A stretch of 64,000 bases of DNA from Acidobacteriota bacterium (GTDB lineage Bacteria; Acidobacteriota; Vicinamibacteria; Vicinamibacterales; JAKQTR01). How positions within the stretch are numbered: position 1 is the stretch's first letter; each line of letters begins with the position of its first letter. This document shows positions 37,152 through 44,182 of the stretch, in pieces. The stretch lies in assembly GCA_029562975.1 (NCBI GenBank), contig JAKQTR010000051.1, forward strand, positions 330 through 64,329. Direction: 5' to 3'. The notes under the pieces are model-generated. The model made no database searches. It was given only the letters and a program-made list of their open reading frames with translations, and was not told the origin of the DNA. The translations under genes were made by a program, and so were the position numbers.

Positions 37152-37880
37152 CTACGGCCGCCCCCGCCGCGTGGCGGCGCGCAGGGCGCCCAGCAGGCCG
37201 GCCGCGACGAGCATGAAGCTGCCGGACTCAGGAACGGGCAGCGGCCCGGCGTAGTCCTGGCCGTATCCGTTTTGCGGATCCCTGATGTCGTACCAGAGGG
37301 CCTCGGCGGTGTTCGCGCCGAGACTCGAGAAGTACAGGTTCGAGTAGCTCAGAATCAGCGGGTGGTTCTCCGCGGCCCACAGCAGTTTCAGGCTTCCGCT
37401 GGTGAGGCTGTAGCTGCCGAACGGCTCGAAGAGCACCTCCCAGATGGCGAGCTGCAGGGCGGCGGCGCGGGCGTTCTGGTCGGCGCTGTCGGCGTTTGCG
37501 CGCAGCCACGCGTCGCCGGCGTAGGTGTTGATCAGCCACGCGATGCGGCCGCCCGCGTTGGGCTGGACGCCGGCGGCGGGATTGCCCAGGTCCGGCAACT
37601 CGCTGAGAGCGCGTTCGCTCATGTCCTGGATCGTCGTCCGCGTCCGCGTCGGGTCGATGCAGTACGCGATGAAGTCGTCGGCCGCGTCGGGTGAGCCCAT
37701 GTCGAGCAGGAGCTGCCCGGCGAACGTTCTGAAGTAGTGAGGGGCCATGACTTCCAGGCCGGCCACGCCGAGCCCGTAGCCCTTCAGGTAGACCGGGTCA
37801 GCCTGCGCGGGCACCGCGCCGAAAACAATCAGCGACAACGTGCCGGCCAACGCCGCCGCCTTGATGGTCCTGCTCATCAT
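37152..37880 (-). CDS. secreted thioester-domain (TED/TQXA)-like protein with a C-terminal PEP-CTERM-type sorting signal
   Basis: Signal peptide MMSRTIKAAALAGTLSLIVFGAVPAQA. FIAYCID (Cys74) and AALQLAIWEV (Gln143) match the TED motifs. The C-terminus VPESGSFMLVAAGLLGALRAATRRGRP resembles PEP-CTERM. Start ATG 37880 inside artefactual ORF 37152..38942. Confidence 0.65.
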   Translation of the reverse strand: MMSRTIKAAALAGTLSLIVFGAVPAQADPVYLKGYGLGVAGLEVMAPHYFRTFAGQLLLDMGSPDAADDFIAYCIDPTRTRTTIQDMSERALSELPDLGNPAAGVQPNAGGRIAWLINTYAGDAWLRANADSADQNARAAALQLAIWEVLFEPFGSYSLTSGSLKLLWAAENHPLILSYSNLYFSSLGANTAEALWYDIRDPQNGYGQDYAGPLPVPESGSFMLVAAGLLGALRAATRRGRP

Positions 37881-37925
37881 CCGCGCTCCTTCCGACACCT
37901 GCAGCGTCGGCTGTCCCCCTGGTGA

Positions 37926-37940
37926 GCAACGAGCGTGCCC
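37926..37940 (-). promoter_or_regulatory. sigma-54 promoter GGGCACG-CTCG-TTGCT
   Basis: Minus strand reads GTGGGCACGCTCGTTGCTCAC. The -12 element lies about 46 nt upstream of ATG 37880. Confidence 0.65.
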
Positions 37941-37964
37941 ACTGGAGGAACGGGCAATATCGAA

Positions 37965-37982
37965 GGATTTCTTCGGAAATCC
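37965..37982 (-). terminator. 7-bp stem / tetraloop hairpin (GGATTTC-NNNN-GAAATCC) followed on the minus strand by UUCGAUAUU
   Basis: A perfect stem about 350 nt downstream of pseudopilin paralog 2 and just upstream of the sigma-54 promoter of the TED gene. Confidence 0.35.
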
Positions 37983-38329
37983 GTCGATCTCTCCCCGTGT
38001 CGCCCGCGCCGGCGCCGTGCGGGCCACCGGGCGTGAAGGCAGAGGGCGAGCGCGCGCGGGCCCGAACCGCCGGCGGCACCAGGGAAACGGCGGCGCGAAC
38101 GCAGCCCAAAGCATTTCTGGCATTGAACTTACGTCCACCTTGCCGCGCGCCGCGCCGCCTTCGACCGTGCCGTGTTGTCTCACTTCCTGACACTCGACCT
38201 TCTCGGGAGGATCTGCGCAGGGCCGCTGGGGCGCCGGAGGGTTCGGCGGCCAGCCGCGCCGCACGCGGCGGGGCTGCAACGCGCCGCGGCGAGGACGGAC
38301 GATGGGGCGTCGCGGCGAGAGGGCGGGCC

Positions 38330-39082
38330 TCAGCGCGTATCGCCTGAGATGAGGAAGACGATGTCGTCGCCGCGGCGCAGCGTGCCGTGCGAGGCGTTGC
38401 CGCCGAACGAGGTCTCGAACAGGCCGTTCGGCCCGGCCGAGATGCAGAAGACGTCGTTCGGCCAGCCGCCGCTTCGCTGGCCCGGGCCCGTCCCCGGCTG
38501 CGCGTCGCGCGCGACGGAGAGGAACACCGAGTTGACCAGGTAGCGGTGCCCCCAGGGGTCGGGGCCGATGGGCGGCGACAGATACGCGCCGCGCCAGCCC
38601 GTGCCGGGCTGCAGCGCCGAGAGCGATCCCCACGCCTCGGGCGTCGGGTAGGCGGGGCCTCCGCCGTTGTGCACGAACTGGCGCTCCATCGAGTCGCCGC
38701 GGCTGTCGTCGGCGTGCCAGTTCAGTTCCGCGGCGGTGTTCCCGCTTCCGGCAAACGGCGCCGCCGCGTCGCCCGCCACGTCCGCCGGGGTGACATCCGG
38801 CCCGGCGCTGTAGAGCAGATCCACGCGGTTGGCCCTGGTGCAGGCGCCCGAGCCGTCGAACTTCAGGCACGGGCCGACGTCTCGCGCGAGCCGCACGACC
38901 GACAGGCCGATGGCCTCGCAGTCCTCCTTCGCCTTGACCCACTGGGCGTCGCGGACGAAGTCCAGGATGGACGGCGCGAGCACCCCCGTGAGCAGCATGA
39001 GGACGAGGAGCATGATGGTGACTTCGACGAGGGACAGGCCCTTGTCGGGGCCGGCCCCTCGCCGTGTCACTCTGCCCGCCAC
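38330..39082 (-). CDS. Cys-containing GspG-like pseudopilin, paralog 2
   Basis: KGLSLVEVTIMLLVLMLLTGVLAPSILDFVRDAQWVKAKEDCEAIG..., WRGAYLSPPIGPDPWGHRYLVNSVF, FCISAGPNG, and a C-terminal RRGDDIVFLISGDTR. GTG start. Confidence 0.7.
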   Translation of the reverse strand: MAGRVTRRGAGPDKGLSLVEVTIMLLVLMLLTGVLAPSILDFVRDAQWVKAKEDCEAIGLSVVRLARDVGPCLKFDGSGACTRANRVDLLYSAGPDVTPADVAGDAAAPFAGSGNTAAELNWHADDSRGDSMERQFVHNGGGPAYPTPEAWGSLSALQPGTGWRGAYLSPPIGPDPWGHRYLVNSVFLSVARDAQPGTGPGQRSGGWPNDVFCISAGPNGLFETSFGGNASHGTLRRGDDIVFLISGDTR

Positions 39083-39116
39083 GCGCGCCTCCCTCGAGCT
39101 CCGAGCCTGGCGGCGC

Positions 39117-39878
39117 TCAGCGCGTGTCGCCGGAAATCACGTAGATGAAGTCGTCGCCGCGGCGGTAGACGCCGCCGAAGGCGTTGCCCGCGAAGGCGGT
39201 TTCGTAGCGCCCGTTCGGGCCGGCGGAGATGCAGAAGGTGTCGTGGGACCACCCGCTCGCGGGCGGGACGTAGGGCACCCTCAGGCTCGAGGTGCCTGCG
39301 CCTGCCGCATCGGCGGCCACCGCGAGGAAGACGGAGTTGACCAGGTAGCGGTGGCCCCACGGGTCGGGCCCGATAGGCGGCGAGAGGTAGGCGCCGCGCC
39401 AGCCGAGGCCGAAGGCCGGGCCGGACGTGCCGTAGCTCCCCAGGTCGCTCGGCGTCGGGTACATCGGGCCCGTGCCGTTGTCCACGAACTGGTGCTCCAT
39501 CGAGTCGCCGCGGCTGTCGTCGCGGTCCCAGTTGAGGTCGGTGGCCGTGGCGCCGCCGCCGTGGAAGTCCCAGACCGCGTCGCCGGCCAGGTCCGCGCTC
39601 GTCACGTCCGGGCCGTCGCTGTAGAGGATGTCGACGCGGTTCGCCTTCGTGCACGGCGCCGTGCCGTCGAACTTGAGGCACGGGCCGACGTCGCGCGCGA
39701 GGCGCGCCACGCTGACGCCGATGGCCTCGCAGTCCTCCTTCACCTTCACCCACTGCGCGTCTCGCACGTAGTCCATGATCGACGGCGCCAGCACGCCGGT
39801 CAGGAGCATCAGGACGAGCAGCATGATGGTCACTTCCACCAGTGACAGGCCGCGTGCGTTCGAAGTCCCGTGTCGCAT
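39117..39878 (-). CDS. Cys-containing GspG-like pseudopilin, paralog 3
   Basis: RGLSLVEVTIMLLVLMLLTGVLAPSIMDYVRDAQWVKVKEDCEAIG..., WRGAYLSPPIGPDPWGHRYLVNSVF, and a C-terminal RRGDDFIYVISGDTR. Start ATG 39878 inside ORF 39117..40064. Confidence 0.7.
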   Translation of the reverse strand: MRHGTSNARGLSLVEVTIMLLVLMLLTGVLAPSIMDYVRDAQWVKVKEDCEAIGVSVARLARDVGPCLKFDGTAPCTKANRVDILYSDGPDVTSADLAGDAVWDFHGGGATATDLNWDRDDSRGDSMEHQFVDNGTGPMYPTPSDLGSYGTSGPAFGLGWRGAYLSPPIGPDPWGHRYLVNSVFLAVAADAAGAGTSSLRVPYVPPASGWSHDTFCISAGPNGRYETAFAGNAFGGVYRRGDDFIYVISGDTR

Positions 39879-39993
39879 GTGATCCTCGTCCCGCACCTCG
39901 GCCGGCGGGGCCTGCCGCCCGTTCCCGGGCCACCCGCCGTGTCGTTCCCGTGCGGGTACGCTCCGGTACGGAGGTGCGACGAAGGACGCTCGA

Positions 39994-40008
39994 GCAAGGC
40001 ACGTGCCC
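39994..40008 (-). promoter_or_regulatory. sigma-54 promoter GGGCACG-TGCC-TTGCT
   Basis: Minus strand reads CGGGGCACGTGCCTTGCTCG. About 115 nt upstream of ATG 39878. Confidence 0.65.
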
Positions 40009-40221
40009 CGGCCCGGCCGCGCGGCGCCCCCGGCGCAGGATGGCGCGACGTCGCGTCCGCCCAACGACTTCCGGCGAACTGGCGCGCCGCGCCGGGGCTG
40101 CGCGCGGCTGCGCGGACCTGCACTTCGCGATGAGTGTGCGGGAAGCGCGCTACAACGGGCGAGGGGCGGCCGGCGGCCCGGGCGGCGGCGGCGGGGCCGG
40201 GAGGGCGAGCGAGGGAGCCGC

Positions 40222-41358
40222 CTACCTGAGCCCCGTCCGGAGCGCCTCGACGCGCGCCCGGACGTCCACCGACAGCCCCGCGCTCTCCGGCCCGGCGTTG
40301 GCGAGGAACTGCTCGTAGTGGTCGATGGCGCGCTGCAGCTCGCCGCGCTCTTCGTAGATCAGGGCCAGGTTGTAGTGGGCCTGCGCGTAGCGGCCGTTGA
40401 GGGCGAGCACGCGCTGGAGCGATTCGCGGGCTTCCTCGACGCGGCCCGCGGCCTTCAGCGCGAGCGAGAGGTTCGTCAGCGCCTCGACGTTCTTCGGGTC
40501 GCGCGCGACCACCGACCGGAACTGCACGACGGCCGCGTCGGTCCTGCCGGAGCGCATGAGGGCGACGCCGAGGTTGTTCTGGGCCTTCTCGTAGCGCGGG
40601 TCGATGAAAGTCGCGCGCTGGAACTCGCCGATGGCCTCCTCGAGCAGCCCCTTGCTCTGGTAGAGCACGCCGAGGTTGTTGTGGGCCTCGGCATTCAGCT
40701 CGTCGGCCGCGAGGACGGCGCGGTAGTGAATGAGGGCGTTCTCGAAGTCGCCGACGCGCTGGTAGTAGAGCGCCCGCTTGAAGTGCTCCGTCTCGGCCGC
40801 CGGGGCCCGCGAGATGGCGGGCGCGCCCGGGCCCGCGCCGGGCGCCGGCGGCGGGAACGCGGCCGGCGCGGCGCCCTCGACGCGCGGCGCCCGCGCTCCC
40901 GCCTTCCCGCCCGGGGGCTTCGCGGCGCCTCCGGCGGGCGGGCTCGATCTCTCTTCAACCGGCCTGGCCGGGGGCTCGGCCGACACCGGCGGCGCCTCCG
41001 GCACGGCGGCCGGCTCGGCTCTCTGCGGCGGCCCGGCGGCCGGCCGCGCCGGCAGCGGTGGCGGCGCAGCCCGTGTCGCGGCCGCCGGGGCCTTGCGAAA
41101 GGACGTGAACGGCCCGGACGTGATCAGGCCGCTCATCGCCGCCGCCTGCCAGACCAGCGCCGCGGTCGCCGCGACCAGCACGATCACGAGCCCCAGGCGC
41201 CTGCGCGCCAGCGAATGGTCCTCCTGCCTCTCCCGCTCGGCCTGGAACGCGAGCGAGGCCGGCACGGCGTCCGGCCCGGCCGCGCGGCCGGGCGGCTGGT
41301 CTGGGCTGGCCGGAGGCGCTGGCTTGTGGTGGCGCAGCGCGTCGAGCATGCGGCTCAC
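40222..41358 (-). CDS. membrane-anchored TPR-repeat protein (MshN-like position)
   Basis: An N-terminal TM helix, a long Pro/Ala linker, then about 5 TPR units (...AEAHNNLGVLYQSKGLLEEAIGEFQRA...). It directly follows the ExeA-like ATPase gene. Confidence 0.7.
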   Translation of the reverse strand: MSRMLDALRHHKPAPPASPDQPPGRAAGPDAVPASLAFQAERERQEDHSLARRRLGLVIVLVAATAALVWQAAAMSGLITSGPFTSFRKAPAAATRAAPPPLPARPAAGPPQRAEPAAVPEAPPVSAEPPARPVEERSSPPAGGAAKPPGGKAGARAPRVEGAAPAAFPPPAPGAGPGAPAISRAPAAETEHFKRALYYQRVGDFENALIHYRAVLAADELNAEAHNNLGVLYQSKGLLEEAIGEFQRATFIDPRYEKAQNNLGVALMRSGRTDAAVVQFRSVVARDPKNVEALTNLSLALKAAGRVEEARESLQRVLALNGRYAQAHYNLALIYEERGELQRAIDHYEQFLANAGPESAGLSVDVRARVEALRTGLR

Positions 41359-41361
41359 GCT

Positions 41362-42285
41362 TCACCTGCAGGACAGAGACGACGGGTGCGAGCGGGCGGC
41401 ATCCGTGACGGCGGCGCCGCGCCGCAGCCACGCGAACCGCGCTCGCCGGATCGGCCTCAGGTCGAGCGTCTCGGCGGCGCGCTCGATGAGATCGTGCGTC
41501 ACCTTGCTCGCGCGGGCCGAGTACGCGCCGAGCAGCGCGCGGTCGCAGACGAGGTTGACCAGGCGCGGGATGCCGCCGCTGTAGTGGTGCACCTGCTGCA
41601 GCGCCTTCGGCGTGAACGCGACGGCGGTCGACCCGCCCGCCACCTGGATGCGGTGCGCGATGTAGGCCACCATCTCGTCGCGCGTCAGCGGCTTCAGCTC
41701 GTACCGGATCGACACGCGCTGGTCCAGCTGCCGCAGCCCGGGCGACCGCAGCAGCGGCTGCAGGTTCAGCTGCCCCACCATGATGATCTGCAGCAGCTTC
41801 TCCTTGTCCGTCTCGAGGTTCGACAGGATCCGCAGCTGCTCGAGCACCTGGAGCGGCAGGTTCTGCGCTTCGTCGATGATGAGCACCGCCCCGGCGTGGA
41901 TCGGCAAGAGGCCCAGCAGGAAGTCGTAGAGCGTGTCGATCAGCTCCTGCTTGCTCACGCCCTGCAGGCGGCCCGTCTTCATCTCTTCCCGCGACACCAC
42001 GCCGAAGTCCTGCAGGATGAGCTTGAGCAGGTCCTCTTCCGACAGGAACGGGTTCAGCACCAGCGCGGAGAACGTGCGGCGGTCGATCTGCTCGAGCAGC
42101 GCGCGGCACAGCGTGGTCTTCCCCGTTCCGATGTCCCCGGTGACGACGACGAAGCCCTCGCGCCGCCGGATGGCGTACTGCAGCAGCTCGAAGGCGTTCG
42201 CGTGCGACTCGCTGCGGTACAGGTATTTCGGGTCCGGAGTCAGGCTGAACGGCTTCTCCGTGAACCCGAAGTAGTCCTCATACAT
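41362..42285 (-). CDS. ExeA/GspA/MshM-family AAA ATPase
   Basis: MYEDYFGFTEKPFSLTPDPKYLY..., GDIGTGKTTLCRAL Walker A, LIIDEAQNL Walker B. No peptidoglycan-binding C-terminal domain. Confidence 0.8.
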   Translation of the reverse strand: MYEDYFGFTEKPFSLTPDPKYLYRSESHANAFELLQYAIRRREGFVVVTGDIGTGKTTLCRALLEQIDRRTFSALVLNPFLSEEDLLKLILQDFGVVSREEMKTGRLQGVSKQELIDTLYDFLLGLLPIHAGAVLIIDEAQNLPLQVLEQLRILSNLETDKEKLLQIIMVGQLNLQPLLRSPGLRQLDQRVSIRYELKPLTRDEMVAYIAHRIQVAGGSTAVAFTPKALQQVHHYSGGIPRLVNLVCDRALLGAYSARASKVTHDLIERAAETLDLRPIRRARFAWLRRGAAVTDAARSHPSSLSCR

Positions 42286-42324
42286 CGCCCGTCTCCAGGG
42301 TGGACCGCCGGGCGGTCCCGCCGG

Positions 42325-43977
42325 TCACTTGCGCACCGGGGCGCGCTGCGCCTCGTACAGCCGCTGCTGGTCCGCCGCCGCCGCCGCGGCCATCTCGCCG
42401 GGGGTCATCACCGTCGGCGTCAGCAGGATGACCAGGTCCGTCTTCCGCTTCGTCCGCTCGTCGCGGCGGAACAGGCCGCCGACGACGGGCACGTCGCCGA
42501 GGACGGGCACCTTGCTCTTTTCGACCGTTGTCCGGTCCTGCATCAGGCCCGCGATGACGATCGTCTCGCCCTGGTGGACGCGGACGAGGGTGTCTGTCTC
42601 GCGCACGCTCACGACGGGCACCTGGTCGCCCAGGCGCGAGGTGGCCGTGCCCGTGCGCTCGGTGATGCTCGGCATGATGCTCAGGTTGATGATGCCGTCG
42701 GCCGCGATCTGCGGCGTCACGCTCAGCACCACGCCCTCGGTGATCGTCTGCGGCGTCACCACGGTCTGCAGGATCTGCCCCGTCGACGCGTCCACCTGCG
42801 ACGTCGTCACGAAGAACACGTCCTGCGTGCCGACGCGCATGACGGCCGGCTCGTTGTTCATGGCCGTCACCCACGGGCTCGCCATCACGTTCACGCGGCC
42901 CTGGCTCGCGAAGGCGTCCAGCAGCCCGGCGAAGTCCTTGATGTTCAGGCCGAGGGTGAAGGCGCCCGAGCCGCTCGCGGGCGCGAGGTTCTGCGTCAGC
43001 GTGGCCGCCTTGTCCGCGCGCTTGAGCACGAGCGACCAGTCGATGCCGGCCGAGTAGCCTTCCGACAGCTCCACTTCGAGGATCTTCGCGACGATGCGGA
43101 CCTGGCGGAGGGCTCGGTTCTCGTAGGCCTCGATGTAGACCGCGATCTTGTCCAGCCGGCTGGGAACGTCGGTGACCTGCAGCAGGCCCGCCTTGCGGTC
43201 GAGGTTCATCTTGCCGGCGTCCGACAGGAGCGTCTGGACGCCCGCCTGGATTTCCTCGAAGACGTCGCCCGAGTCCGTCCCCGACACCGAGGCCTGGCTG
43301 CCGCCGATCCCGCCCGTGCCCGCGTAATAGCCGCCGCCGTAGCCGGCCGCGCCGACGCCGCCCGCGTAGATGGCGCCGGCGCCGCCGTAGGCGCCCAGGC
43401 CCGCGTTGCCCGCCAGGCCGCCGGCGAGCCCCGAGCCGCGCGTCCCCGACCGGCGCGTCGCGACGTAGTTGATGTTGAAGAGGCGCGTCTCGGCCCGCTC
43501 GCGCCCGACGCGCACGACGTTGTCGGTGATGACGGCGTGCAGGCCGTGCGGCTCGAGGATGGTGTCGAGGGCCTGCCGCAGCGTGACGTTCTTGAGTTCG
43601 CCGGTGAAGGTGCCCTGCGCGTCCGGATCGACGACGACGCTGAGGTCCGTGTCGCGGACGAGCAGCAGGAGGAGGTCGCGGATCGGGACCGGCTCGGCGA
43701 AGCTCAGCGAGAGCGTCTGGGCCATCGCGTCCGACCGGCGGCCCTCCTCGATCTGGCTCACCGCCAGCGGGGGCAGCCCGGGGCCCTGGGGATTCAGGGC
43801 CGACGCCGGCGGAAACGAGCCTGTCGGGGCCGGGGCGGTTGGAAACGGGCTCTGCGCCGGAGCGAGGCCCGGCGCCGCCAGGACGGCCGCCGCGACCAGC
43901 AGCACCGGGGTCAGATCCGCATATTTGTAGATCTGACCCCGATTGCGGCCGGGACGGGCGTGTGCACTGCGTGTCAT
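42325..43977 (-). CDS. gspD: secretin (GspD/PilQ/MshL family)
   Basis: The C-terminal secretin core ...VSVTPQI..DG.I.L.I.PSI......VP.V..RE..T.V.V..GETIVIAGL....T..K.KVP.LGD.P..G.LFR..........LVI.LTP. Start ATG 43977 inside ORF 42325..44094; GTG 43905 is an alternative. Confidence 0.85.
   Translation of the reverse strand: MTRSAHARPGRNRGQIYKYADLTPVLLVAAAVLAAPGLAPAQSPFPTAPAPTGSFPPASALNPQGPGLPPLAVSQIEEGRRSDAMAQTLSLSFAEPVPIRDLLLLLVRDTDLSVVVDPDAQGTFTGELKNVTLRQALDTILEPHGLHAVITDNVVRVGRERAETRLFNINYVATRRSGTRGSGLAGGLAGNAGLGAYGGAGAIYAGGVGAAGYGGGYYAGTGGIGGSQASVSGTDSGDVFEEIQAGVQTLLSDAGKMNLDRKAGLLQVTDVPSRLDKIAVYIEAYENRALRQVRIVAKILEVELSEGYSAGIDWSLVLKRADKAATLTQNLAPASGSGAFTLGLNIKDFAGLLDAFASQGRVNVMASPWVTAMNNEPAVMRVGTQDVFFVTTSQVDASTGQILQTVVTPQTITEGVVLSVTPQIAADGIINLSIMPSITERTGTATSRLGDQVPVVSVRETDTLVRVHQGETIVIAGLMQDRTTVEKSKVPVLGDVPVVGGLFRRDERTKRKTDLVILLTPTVMTPGEMAAAAAADQQRLYEAQRAPVRK
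43907..43940. repeat. GGGGTCAGATC-family hairpin (11-bp stem, 12-nt A/T-rich loop) inside the predicted secretin signal-peptide region
   Basis: GGGGTCAGATC cgcatatttgta GATCTGACCCC followed by GATTGCGG, as in the 26924-27000 element. Confidence 0.75.
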
Positions 43978-44182
43978 GTCGTACCCCGGGCGGCCGGCGG
44001 AGACGGATCTCCGCGGAGGCTGCTCGCCTTCTCGTCGGGTTTCTCGGTGTATCTCTTTTGGGACGTTAGGGCTGCGGGCGCTTCTGCGCGCCATTGCACA
44101 GTCGGGGTCTCGCCCCGACTTGCGGCACGCGGCCGGGCTTCTGGAGCCGCAAATCGAGGCCTGGCACGATCCCTGGCTCCAC

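Noticed and set aside
44146-44165. AGGCCTCGATTTGCGG (minus strand) upstream of the secretin, as a possible sigma-54 promoter.
   Set aside because: The GG-to-GC spacing is one nucleotide short of canonical and the -24 region is poor. Read-through from the upstream gldAFG-like operon, or another promoter, is equally possible.
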